Source of the DNA: Alphaproteobacteria bacterium
Lineage (GTDB): Bacteria; Pseudomonadota; Alphaproteobacteria; Bin95
DNA: 64,000 nucleotides
Reading direction: 5' to 3'
NCBI GenBank assembly: GCA_964291285.2
Contig: OZ219787.1
Location: forward strand, 576,001-640,000
Shown piece after piece: positions 30,046-38,600 of the stretch. The translations under genes and the position numbers were made by a program. Within the stretch, counting starts at the first letter, position 1. Each line of letters starts with the position of its first letter. Below the pieces are notes generated by a model, which was given only the letters and a program-made list of their open reading frames with translations, did not search any database and was not told the DNA's origin.

Positions 30046-30234
30046 TCAGGGAATCAATTTCAGTGCCGCGACAGCCACGCTGACAACAGCGATCATTGCG
30101 CCGATCATCCGCCAGTCACGGTTGTTGATATCCCGCGTCAGTCGCGCCTCAAGCTGCCCCATCCTGTCGACCACCCGCGTCTCAAGGGACGCCAGGTCGG
30201 CTTTGGTCGCGAACTGTTCGGTTTCGGCGCTCAC
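30046..30234 (-). CDS. Small coiled-coil protein with C-terminal TM helix (DUF1640/CCDC90-like)
   Basis: FATKADLASLETR...LEARL, hydrophobic C-terminus; GGAGG upstream of GTG. Confidence 0.65.
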   Translation of the reverse strand: MSAETEQFATKADLASLETRVVDRMGQLEARLTRDINNRDWRMIGAMIAVVSVAVAALKLIP

Positions 30235-30383
30235 GCCGTCTCTCCCTCCAACGCCCACCCTCTACACCATATGGACGTACGGCCAAAGCCATCAAATGCC
30301 GTTTGCTTATCTACGCCATTCCGCCTGCGCATCCCTGATGCCGCAATCGCCGACGCCCTTCGCTCATGCCGGCCGGCGCAGGC

Positions 30384-30728
30384 TCACGATGCCGGAGAAC
30401 GCCCCGTCTGTCCTTCGACTCCATCTTCACCAAGCGCCCTGACCACGGCCTCCGGGTCCCGGTCGATGACGGTGAGCAATACCCGCGCCGCCCTGTCGGG
30501 AACGCGCCGGCCCTGTTCCCACTCCTGGAGAGCGCGCGCGTCGAGGCCGAAACGCTCGGCGAATTGCCGCCGGCTCAGCCGGAACCGCTTGCGCAGCGCC
30601 GCAATCCGGCCCGCGGCGGGGTCGTCCACAATCCGGCATGGCAGGGCCGTCTCGCCGCGGACATGGCCGAGAACCTCGCCCAGAGCCGTTTCGATCTCGA
30701 GCCCGAGCCCGGTGCGTTCCACCGTCAT
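30384..30728 (-). CDS. HigA-like XRE HTH antitoxin
   Basis: LSRRQFAERFGLDARALQEWEQGRRVPDRAARVLL; 4-bp overlap with the toxin. Confidence 0.88.
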   Translation of the reverse strand: MTVERTGLGLEIETALGEVLGHVRGETALPCRIVDDPAAGRIAALRKRFRLSRRQFAERFGLDARALQEWEQGRRVPDRAARVLLTVIDRDPEAVVRALGEDGVEGQTGRSPAS

Positions 30729-31057
30729 TGTCCCGTTGCCTCCTTCTTGATCGCGGCGACCAGGCGCGACAACGCTCTCGTGTCCGCCGGCGTGAGGTCT
30801 TCGCGATCCGCCTTCGCGTAGGCCGTCAGCAGGTAGATGGCGCCGGGGCTGGCATGGTAGAAATAGACGGTGCGGATGCCGCCCCGCTTTCCGCGTCCCG
30901 AGCCGGCCCATCGCAGCTTGCGGATACCGCCGGTGCCCCGAATGACGGGCGCCGCATCGGGGGCGGCGACGATACTCTCCTCCATCTCCTTGCGGGCCTC
31001 TTCCCCAAGCAGCTTGCGAATCGCCCGTTCGTAAGTGCGGGTGGAGAAGACCTGCAT
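30725..31057 (-). CDS. RelE/HigB2-like toxin
   Basis: IRGTGGIRKLRW...GRGKRGGIRTVYF, LLTAYAKAD.EDL; toxin-first order. Confidence 0.9.
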   Translation of the reverse strand: MQVFSTRTYERAIRKLLGEEARKEMEESIVAAPDAAPVIRGTGGIRKLRWAGSGRGKRGGIRTVYFYHASPGAIYLLTAYAKADREDLTPADTRALSRLVAAIKKEATGQ

Positions 31058-31189
31058 CGTGCCTCAATATGCGGCAATGCCGCTGTCGAAGCAAGCGCTG
31101 CGGCTCGTCGCGCGATTTCGCTGCCTGCATTCCGCTGCCGGCGCCCGCCCGCTTGCGCGCCCTGCCCCGCGCCGCTCTAATGCGGGCCC

Positions 31190-31714
31190 ATGAAATACAT
31201 CCTTGAAGACCGGCGGGTGGAGGCGCATGAGAGCGCCTTTATCGCGCCGAACGCGGTGTGCATCGGCAGCGTGCGGGTGCTGCGGAACGCCTCGATCTGG
31301 TGGAACGCGGTGCTGCGCGGCGACTATGAGCCCATCGAGGTGGGCGAGGAGACCAACGTCCAGGACGGCTCCGTGCTGCACACCGACCCCGGCTCGCCGC
31401 TCGTGCTCGGCCGCAACGTCACCGTCGGCCACATGGCGATGCTGCACGGCTGCCTCGTCGGGGACGGCACCGTGATCGGCATCGGCGCGGTGGTGCTGAA
31501 CGGGGCGAAGATCGGCAGCAATTGCGTCATTGCCTCCAAGGCGCTGGTGCGCGAGAACGCCGAGATCCCCGACAATTCCATGGTGGTCGGCATTCCCGGC
31601 AGGGTCATCCGGCAGGTGACGCCGGAGATGTCCGCCTTCTTCGCCGAACAGAACCAGTGGTATGTGACCAACCGGGCCCGCTTCAAGGAAAGCCTCCGGC
31701 CCCAGGACGACTGA
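31190..31714 (+). CDS. Gamma carbonic anhydrase family protein
   Basis: VLRGD, NVQDGSVLH, TVGH.AMLHGC hexapeptide repeats. Confidence 0.92.
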   Translation: MKYILEDRRVEAHESAFIAPNAVCIGSVRVLRNASIWWNAVLRGDYEPIEVGEETNVQDGSVLHTDPGSPLVLGRNVTVGHMAMLHGCLVGDGTVIGIGAVVLNGAKIGSNCVIASKALVRENAEIPDNSMVVGIPGRVIRQVTPEMSAFFAEQNQWYVTNRARFKESLRPQDD

Positions 31715-31738
31715 CCGACCGACCAGCGAGTGACCGAC

Positions 31739-32962
31739 ATGACCGACGACAGCAACCGCGCCCTGGCGGGCGTCCGCGTGCTCGACCTGACGCAATTCGA
31801 GGCGGGCCCCTCCTGCACCGAAGCGCTGGCATGGCTCGGCGCCGACGTGGTGAAGGTCGAGCGGCCGGGCTCCGGCGAGCAGGGCCGCTTCGCCTCCACC
31901 GACCGGCCGGGCGTGGACAGCTACTATTTCATGCTGCTGAACGCGAACAAGAAGAGCGTCACCGTCAACCTGAAGAGCCCGGAAGGGCTGGAGACGGTGA
32001 AGGCCATGATCGCCCGGGCCGACGTGATGATCGAGAATTTCGCGCCCGGCGCCATCGAGCGCCTCGGCCTCGGCTACGAGGTGGCGAAGGAGATCAACCC
32101 GCGCATCATCTACGCCCAGGTGAAGGGCTTCGCGCGCGGCGGGCCCTACGAGAAGTTCCTCTCCTTCGACATGATCGGCAAGGCGGTGGGCGGCGTCATG
32201 GCGATCACCGGCGACCCGGACGGGCGGCCGATCAATCCCGGCCCCACCATCGGCGACACCGGCACCGGCCTGCACATGGCGATCTCGATCCTGGGCGCGC
32301 TCTACCAGCGCGGCCGCACCGGCAAGGGCCAGCATATCGAGGTCGCGATGCAGGACGCGATGATCAACTATTGCCGGCTCGCCTATGCCGTGCAGGCCAC
32401 GACCGGCGCGGCCGCGCCCCGGCGCGGCAACGAGGTCATCATGGCGGGCAGCGCGCCCTCGGACGTGTTCCTCTGCGCGCCCGGCGGGCCCAACGACTAT
32501 GTCTATATCTACACGACCCGCGCCTCGAACCTCCACTGGGAGCGGCTCTGCGAGGTGATCGGCAGGCCGGAGTTGAAGGACGACCCGCGCTTCGCCACGG
32601 CGCCCGCGCGCTCGGCCAACCAGAAGGACCTCGACGAGGCGATCACCGCCTGGACCAGCCAGCGCAGCAAGGAAGAGGCGATGGAGGCCATCGGCGCGGC
32701 CGGCGTGCCGGTCGGCGCGGTGTTCGATTCCAAGGAGCTCTCGGACAGCGAGGACATGCGCGCGCGCGGAATCTTCCAGACGGTGAAGCATCCCGAGCGC
32801 GGCGATTTCCTGATGCCGGGCTGGCCCGTGAAGATGTCCGGCAACGACGTGCCGGTCCAGTGCTCCCCCACGCTCGGCGAACATACCGACGAGGTGCTGT
32901 CGGACTGGCTCGGCCTCTCCGGCGGCGAGGTGGCGGCGCTGCGCGACAAGGGTGCCGTCTGA
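31739..32962 (+). CDS. Class III CoA transferase (formyl-CoA transferase-like)
   Basis: DLTQFEAGPSCT, YFMLLNANKKS, ENFAPG, GDTGTG. Confidence 0.9.
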   Translation: MTDDSNRALAGVRVLDLTQFEAGPSCTEALAWLGADVVKVERPGSGEQGRFASTDRPGVDSYYFMLLNANKKSVTVNLKSPEGLETVKAMIARADVMIENFAPGAIERLGLGYEVAKEINPRIIYAQVKGFARGGPYEKFLSFDMIGKAVGGVMAITGDPDGRPINPGPTIGDTGTGLHMAISILGALYQRGRTGKGQHIEVAMQDAMINYCRLAYAVQATTGAAAPRRGNEVIMAGSAPSDVFLCAPGGPNDYVYIYTTRASNLHWERLCEVIGRPELKDDPRFATAPARSANQKDLDEAITAWTSQRSKEEAMEAIGAAGVPVGAVFDSKELSDSEDMRARGIFQTVKHPERGDFLMPGWPVKMSGNDVPVQCSPTLGEHTDEVLSDWLGLSGGEVAALRDKGAV

Positions 32963-33012
32963 GCGGCCTGCGCCCAATCACAACCGATAGAACGTAAGGA
33001 ACCCTCCGTCCC

Positions 33013-33744
33013 ATGTCAGACAATATCGCCGAGCAGCTGGCGCCGACCGGCGTGCTGCGCGCGGGCATCAACATGTCCAACTTCCTGCTGGTCACGGGCC
33101 GGACCGAATCCGGCGACCCCGACGGCGTGTCGCCCGACATGGCGCGCGCGCTGGGCGAGCGGCTGGGCCTGCCGGTCAAGATGGTGCCCTTCGCCACCCC
33201 CGGCGAACTGGCGGACGCAGCCGCCGACGACGCCTGGGACATCGGGCTGATCGGCGCCGAGCCGCAGCGCGCGGAGAAGATCGCCTTCTCGCTTGCCTAT
33301 TCCGAAATCGAGGCGACCTACCTCGTGCCGCCCGGCTCGCCGATCCGGTCGGTCGAGGAGGTGGACCGGCCCGGCATCCGCATCGCCGTCTCGGCCCGCA
33401 GCGCCTACGAGCTCTGGCTCTCGCGCAACATCCGCCATGCCGAACTGGTGCTGGCGCACGGCCTCGGCGCCGCCTTCGAGATGTTCGTCGAGAAGGGCTA
33501 CGAGGCGCTCGCCGGCCTGCGTCCGGGGCTGATCGGCGATGTCGAGAAGCTGCCCGGCGCGCGCATCCTGGACGGGCAGTTCTCCGCCGTGCAGCAGGCC
33601 ATCGGCGTGCCCCGCTCCCGGCCGGACTCCGCCGCGGCCTTCGTCGCGGCGTTCGTCGAGGAGGCCAAGACGAGCGGCCTGGTGGCCAGCCTGATTGCCC
33701 GCCACGGCGTCGAGGGCCGCCTCATGGTGGCCGCGGCGGGATAG
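33013..33744 (+). CDS. Orphan type-2 periplasmic-binding-fold protein
   Basis: LAPTGVLRAGIN, DRPGIRIAV...SAYEL.L; no evident signal peptide. Confidence 0.8.
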   Translation: MSDNIAEQLAPTGVLRAGINMSNFLLVTGRTESGDPDGVSPDMARALGERLGLPVKMVPFATPGELADAAADDAWDIGLIGAEPQRAEKIAFSLAYSEIEATYLVPPGSPIRSVEEVDRPGIRIAVSARSAYELWLSRNIRHAELVLAHGLGAAFEMFVEKGYEALAGLRPGLIGDVEKLPGARILDGQFSAVQQAIGVPRSRPDSAAAFVAAFVEEAKTSGLVASLIARHGVEGRLMVAAAG

Positions 33745-33773
33745 CGCCGCGCCGGTTCGGAAGGGCCCTGCCC

Positions 33774-34703
33774 ATGCGACCGACGGCGGCCCTGCGCAGA
33801 CCGGGGGCGTTCGCCCTGGTCCTGGCGGCCGGGCTCTGGACGGCGGCTGCGCACCCGGCCGGGGGCGAGGATCGGCTGACAGCGGTCGTATCGGCCTTCC
33901 CGCCGGAGATGGCCGTCTTGCGGGCGGAGCTTGAGGACGCCGCCTCGCAGTCCGTGAACGGCGTGGAGTTCGTCACGGGCCGGCTCGAGGGCCGCAAGAC
34001 CGTGCTCTTCCTCAGCGGCATCAGCATGGTCAACGCGGCGATGACCGTGCAGCTTGCGCTCGACCGCTTCCCCATCGACCGGATCGTCTTTTCCGGCATC
34101 GCCGGCGGCGTCGATCCGGGCCTCGACATAGGCGATGTCGTCGTCGCCGAACGCTGGGGGCAGTATCTCGAAGCCGTGTTTGCGCGGAAGGCCGGGGACG
34201 GCTGGGAGAAACCGCCCTTCTTCGAATATCCCTACGCCAATTTCGGCATGATGTTCCCGCGCTCCGTCACCGTGGCCCGCGCCGGTGCGGCCGGGCCCGA
34301 AACGCGTTTCTGGTTCCCGGTGGACGAATCTCTCCTCGACGGCGCGCGGCGGGCGGCGGCGGGCGTGGCGCTCGAGCGCTGCGCCGGGGAGGGCGAATGC
34401 CTGCCGCAGGCCCCGAAGATCGTCATCGGCGGCTCGGGCGTGTCGGGCGGCGCCTTCATCGACAATGCGGAGTTTCGCGACTACGCCTTCCGCACCTTCG
34501 GCGCGCGCCTGCTCGACATGGAGAGCGCGGCCGTCGCCCATGTCGCGCTGGCGAACGGTGTGCCCTTCATCGCCGTCCGCAGCCTGTCGGACCTTGCCGG
34601 CGGCAGCGGGCAGGCGAACCGGCTGGAAGTGTTCTTCCGCCTCGCGGCCGGCAATGCCGCCCGCGTCGTCAGGGCCCTGCTCCGGGAAATGCCGGACGGC
34701 TAG
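33774..34703 (+). CDS. 5'-methylthioadenosine/SAH nucleosidase family protein with signal peptide
   Basis: SAFPPE, SGISMVNAA, FSGIAGG, DMESAAVAHV, RSLSDLAG. Confidence 0.85.
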   Translation: MRPTAALRRPGAFALVLAAGLWTAAAHPAGGEDRLTAVVSAFPPEMAVLRAELEDAASQSVNGVEFVTGRLEGRKTVLFLSGISMVNAAMTVQLALDRFPIDRIVFSGIAGGVDPGLDIGDVVVAERWGQYLEAVFARKAGDGWEKPPFFEYPYANFGMMFPRSVTVARAGAAGPETRFWFPVDESLLDGARRAAAGVALERCAGEGECLPQAPKIVIGGSGVSGGAFIDNAEFRDYAFRTFGARLLDMESAAVAHVALANGVPFIAVRSLSDLAGGSGQANRLEVFFRLAAGNAARVVRALLREMPDG

Positions 34704-34869
34704 TGCGGCCCCCGTTCCGACAAAGCCGTATTTCGGTCCGAGTCCGAAATCGTCGCCCCGGATCGTCGCTGGCGCACCGTCCGGGGTGACGGTAGTGTGC
34801 GTTGCTCCAAAGGCGGTCCGGACCGAACGGACTCCGCTCCAATGCTGCAAGGCGAAGGAGAAACGCGGC

Positions 34870-35073
34870 ATGCGCGCTCTCGATATTTCCGACTGCATCA
34901 ACGAGACCTGCCCCTGGTCCGGCAAGCCGGTGCAGGCCGATTCGCTCGTCGAATTCGACGGCCGCGTCGTCGGCTTCTGCAACACCGGCTGCCGCGACAA
35001 GTTCGAAACCGCGATTCGCCATTTCGAACAGGCGAAGGCCGCGAAGACGGGCGGCGGGCGCCACGGATCGTGA
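34870..35073 (+). CDS. Small YHS/TRASH-like metal-binding protein
   Basis: INETCPWSGKPV...VGFCNTGCRDKF; AAGGAG RBS. Confidence 0.75.
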   Translation: MRALDISDCINETCPWSGKPVQADSLVEFDGRVVGFCNTGCRDKFETAIRHFEQAKAAKTGGGRHGS

Positions 35074-35302
35074 ACGATGCCCGATGCTTGTTCGTACTGT
35101 CAGAAATAACTTTCTATAGAACTCGATTTCTGGCGGTCTGCGATACAACGGAGCGGCAAGAAGGAAGCGGCATCCGCGGCATCGCCCTCGCCCCCGTCCC
35201 CTGAGCAACCGGATAGATGGGTAACAGTTTTCTGTGTTCGTTCGGTCTCCGCCCGGCCGGCGGACAAAGCCCGGCAACCGTCCGCGCAAGCCGCGAGGCC
35301 CT

Positions 35303-35351
35303 CTCCCGCCTGCGCGGGGGCAGACCTCCGGCACCTCCCACCAGGCGGGAG
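35303..35351. repeat. Inverted repeat (REP-like) downstream of HTH copy 2
   Basis: CTCCCGCCTG (35303-35312) and CAGGCGGGAG (35342-35351). Confidence 0.55.
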
Positions 35352-35392
35352 GGTAGTTAGAGGGGAAGGAGGAAGAAGCGGGAGCGGCGCCG

Positions 35393-35833
35393 CTACCGTT
35401 CGGTCCACCGCTTCCACTGCTTCCGCCGGGGGCGGGCGATGCGGCGGGTGCGCTCCAGGCCGTGGCGCTTCAGGAAATTCTGCACTGTGGCCGCGTGGAA
35501 CGGGAACCCCTCCGCGGCGAGCGCGTCGCGCAGTTCGTACATGGAAATCGCCGGGCGCGCCTCAAGGATGCGGAAAATGCGCTCCCGGTGCGGCTCGATC
35601 CGCGAGGCACTGCCGCCCATGCGCTTGCGCCGTACATGGCCCTGCTCGCGGAAGCGCTGCAGCCAGCGGCAGACGCTGGACACCGCCAGCCCGAACCGCC
35701 GGGCGGCGGCCGACGCGCTCATGCCCTCCTCCACCACCGCCATGACCGCCCGGCTCCGCAGCTCCTCGCCGACCGGGCGGCCTCGCCCCGGCCGCCGCAG
35801 CGCGCCCGCCGGTCCGCTCATCGATCCATCCAT
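35393..35833 (-). CDS. Stand-alone IS630/Tc1-like (paired-like) double HTH protein, no DDE domain (copy 2)
   Basis: GRPVGEELRSRAVMAVVEEGMSASAAARRFGLAVSSVCRWLQRFREQGHV..MGGS..PAISMYELRDALAAEG..TVQNFLKRHG; AAGGAGG RBS. Confidence 0.82.
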   Translation of the reverse strand: MDGSMSGPAGALRRPGRGRPVGEELRSRAVMAVVEEGMSASAAARRFGLAVSSVCRWLQRFREQGHVRRKRMGGSASRIEPHRERIFRILEARPAISMYELRDALAAEGFPFHAATVQNFLKRHGLERTRRIARPRRKQWKRWTER

Positions 35834-35926
35834 CTTCGTGCTTCCTCCTTGTTCCGCCGCGCCCGCGCGACTTCCATCAACGTCCCAACCCGAACCCGAT
35901 TTCCCGGCTCTCCGGCCGCCCAGCCG

Positions 35927-36021
35927 GACCGCGACAAACGGCAGCGGACGACAGCGAATGTTGCAGCCGGAATGAGCGTCCCCGACCCCTCCGGCCACCC
36001 AGGCAGACCGCGACAAACGGC
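35927..36021. repeat. 16-nt direct repeat in the leader of HTH copy 2
   Basis: GACCGCGACAAACGGC at 35927-35942 and 36006-36021. Confidence 0.8.
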
Positions 36022-36155
36022 CGCCGGCGCGCGCGGCCGGGTTTGCCGCCGCGGGGTGGCGGGTTCGCGGCAGAGGTCCGGAAAAGGCGGCTTGCGCGGC
36101 TGCGCCAGCCCATCAGGTCCAGATCATGGCCCTTTCACTCCGTCAGGGATGTAAA

Positions 36156-36190
36156 GGAACATATATAGAACCAATGGGAGGAATGTCAAG
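36156..36190 (-). promoter_or_regulatory. sigma70 promoter overlapped by a LexA (SOS) box, copy 2
   Basis: Minus strand CTTGAC-N16-CTATAT with a perfect TTGACA; exact GAAC-ATATATA-GAAC at 36157-36171. Confidence 0.78.
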
Positions 36191-36273
36191 CGCATTGCCG
36201 CCGCCCCGGCCGCCCCGTAGCATGGAAACGGACGCCGCCGCCCCGACCGGCAGACCCCGAGGAGACGACGCAT

Positions 36274-37062
36274 ATGCCCTTTCTCACCGAGCAGCACGGC
36301 CATGTCGTGACGGCGACGCTCAGCCGCCCCGAGGCCCGCAACGCCTGGGGGCAGGACTTCTATGACGGCATCGCCGAGTGCTTTCCCCGCTGGGCGGACG
36401 ACGACGGCGTGCGCGCGGTGGTGGTGACCGGCGACGAGGACGGGCGCGCCTTCTCGGCCGGGGCCAACCTGAAGGACCCGAACACCCATGCGATGCCGCC
36501 GGTTGCCGAGTTCGTCAAGAATTTGTCGAAGCGGGAGCGTTTTCCGTTCGACGTCTTCATGGACTTCCCGAAGCCGATCGTCGCCGCGGTCAACGGCTAC
36601 GCCATCGGGATCGGCTGCATCCTGACCTTCTGCTGCGACCTGGTCGTGGCGAGCGACCGGGCGGAGTGGCGGCTGCCGCAGACCGCGCTCGGCATCCTGC
36701 CCGCATACGGCGGCTCCGTGCGCCTGGCGCGGCTCGTCGGCAAGGGCCTCGCCATGCGGCTTGCCATGGGCTTCCCGCTCGACGGCGAAGAAGCGCACCG
36801 CATCGGCCTCGCCCAGTGGCTGGTTCCGCACGGGGAGCTGATGGGCAAGGCGATGGACGTGGCCGGCCATGTCGCCGCGCTGCCGCCGCTGGCCGTCCGG
36901 CTCACCAAGGAATCGCTCAACCGCGGCATGGACATCCCGAACCTCAAGGACGCCGCCCTCGTCGACCTCTACCGCTTCATGACGCTGGAATTGACCGAGG
37001 ACAAGGAAGAGGCCCACAGCGCCTGGCGGGAACGGCGCACGCCGAACGTCCGGGGCGTCTGA
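36274..37062 (+). CDS. Enoyl-CoA hydratase/isomerase family protein
   Basis: RPEARNA, AFSAGANL, KPIVAAVNGYAIG, LGILP. Confidence 0.9.
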   Translation: MPFLTEQHGHVVTATLSRPEARNAWGQDFYDGIAECFPRWADDDGVRAVVVTGDEDGRAFSAGANLKDPNTHAMPPVAEFVKNLSKRERFPFDVFMDFPKPIVAAVNGYAIGIGCILTFCCDLVVASDRAEWRLPQTALGILPAYGGSVRLARLVGKGLAMRLAMGFPLDGEEAHRIGLAQWLVPHGELMGKAMDVAGHVAALPPLAVRLTKESLNRGMDIPNLKDAALVDLYRFMTLELTEDKEEAHSAWRERRTPNVRGV

Positions 37063-37085
37063 CCGGGAGAAGGAGGACGGCCGCC

Positions 37086-37922
37086 ATGCCTTTCGAGATA
37101 CGCCCGCTGCCGGGGGTGACCGGCGCCGAGGTGATCGGGTTCGACATCGGCCGCGACGGCGCGGACGGGGCGGCCCGGCGGCGCTTGCAGGACGCCTGGA
37201 CCGACCGGGTGGTGCTGGTGTTCCGCGACATGGAGATCGACGAGGCGGGCTTCATGCGCCTCGCCGGCCTTTTCGGCGAGAACGTCCCGCAGCCGGTGCA
37301 GCGGCCGGAATACCGCGTCGAGGGCTTCCCCTTCATCCGGCTGCTCTCGAGCTGGCATCGCGATTCGCTCGGCGACAACAAGCCGCTCAATGTCGGCGGC
37401 ACCTGGCACACGGACCACTCCCACCTGCCCGACCCGCCCCGCGGCACGGTGCTGCGCGCCATCCGCCTGCCCGGCGAAGGCGGCGACACGAGCTTCACCA
37501 ACCAGCGCGCCGCCTACGAGGCGCTGGACGAGGAGACGCGGCGCGAGGTGGACCCGCTGGTCGGCCTCCACATCTACAACAGCCGCTACGCGCCGCGCCG
37601 CATGGCGACGATGACGCCGGAGGAGGAGCGCGAGGCGCCGAGCGCCCGCCATCCGCTGGTGCGCCCGCACCCGGTGAGCGGGCGGAAGGCGCTCTATTTC
37701 AACCCGATCCGCGTCGAGCGCTTCGACGGCATGGACGCCGCCGCCTCGCAGGCGCTGATGGACCGGCTGGTGGCACATTGCGAGCAGGACCGGTTCGTCT
37801 ACCGCCACCGCTGGCGCGCGGGCGACGTGCTGATCTGGGACAACGCCCAGGCGCTGCACATGGTCCGCCACGACTACGACCCCGCCCGGGAGCGGGTCAT
37901 GCACCGCACGCTAGTCGGCTGA
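37086..37922 (+). CDS. TauD/TfdA family Fe(II)/2-oxoglutarate dioxygenase
   Basis: WHTD, GGDT.F, HPLVR.HP.SGRK.L, WDN...H. Confidence 0.92.
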   Translation: MPFEIRPLPGVTGAEVIGFDIGRDGADGAARRRLQDAWTDRVVLVFRDMEIDEAGFMRLAGLFGENVPQPVQRPEYRVEGFPFIRLLSSWHRDSLGDNKPLNVGGTWHTDHSHLPDPPRGTVLRAIRLPGEGGDTSFTNQRAAYEALDEETRREVDPLVGLHIYNSRYAPRRMATMTPEEEREAPSARHPLVRPHPVSGRKALYFNPIRVERFDGMDAAASQALMDRLVAHCEQDRFVYRHRWRAGDVLIWDNAQALHMVRHDYDPARERVMHRTLVG

Positions 37923-38600
37923 GTGCTCCTGCAGCACGCCGTCTTCCAGCCGCACCATCCGGTCCAGCTGGCGGGCGAGGTCGATATTGTGGGTGGCGAC
38001 CAGCGCGGCGACGCCGGCCTCGTGCGCGAGCTGGAGAAAGGTCTGGATGACGAGGCGCCCATTGGCCTCGTCGAGATTGCCGGTCGGCTCGTCGGCCAAT
38101 AGCAGGCGGGGCGCGTTCGCCGTGGCGCGCGCGATCGCGACGCGCTGCTGCTCGCCGCCGGAAAGCCGCGCCGGACGGTGGGCCGCCCGGTTCGACAGGC
38201 CGACCATGGCGAGCAGCGCATCCGCGCGCTCGCGCGCCTCGCGCTTCGACCGGCCGGTGACGAGCTGCGGGATCACGAGGTTCTCGCGCGCCGAGAATTC
38301 CGGCAGCAGCTGGTGGAACTGGAAGACGAATCCGAGATGCCGCGCCCGCATGGCGCTGAGCCGCCTGTCGCTGAGGCCGGAGGCGCTTTCGCCGGAAATC
38401 CGGACCTCGCCGGCGTCCGGGCGGTCCAGCAGGCCCGCGATCTGGAGCAGCGTCGTCTTGCCGGAGCCGGACGGCCCGATCAGCGCCACGGTTTCGCCCT
38501 CGCTCACGGCGAGGTCGATCCGCCGCAGCACCGGCAGCCTCGTGTCGCCCTGCACGAAGGTGCGCTGCACGCCATCGAGCTCCAGCGCCGCCCTACTCAT
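37911..38600 (-). CDS. lolD: Lipoprotein-releasing ABC transporter ATP-binding subunit
   Basis: GPSGSGKT, FQFHQLLPEF, LSGGEQQRV, DEPTGNLD. Confidence 0.92.
   Translation of the reverse strand: MSRAALELDGVQRTFVQGDTRLPVLRRIDLAVSEGETVALIGPSGSGKTTLLQIAGLLDRPDAGEVRISGESASGLSDRRLSAMRARHLGFVFQFHQLLPEFSARENLVIPQLVTGRSKREARERADALLAMVGLSNRAAHRPARLSGGEQQRVAIARATANAPRLLLADEPTGNLDEANGRLVIQTFLQLAHEAGVAALVATHNIDLARQLDRMVRLEDGVLQEHSAD

Noticed and set aside
32981-33002. CAAC-N5-GAAC-N5-GAAC before the binding-protein gene as an SOS box
   Set aside because: Spacing is 5, not 7, and it overlaps the RBS.
35927-36021. Possible mini-CRISPR array
   Set aside because: Only two 16-nt repeats with a 63-nt spacer and no cas genes; no CRISPR array was seen anywhere in the window.
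37911-37922. Short 3' overlaps of convergent genes (also 8711-8720, 16906-16909)
   Set aside because: Common in compact GC-rich genomes; no sign of special function.
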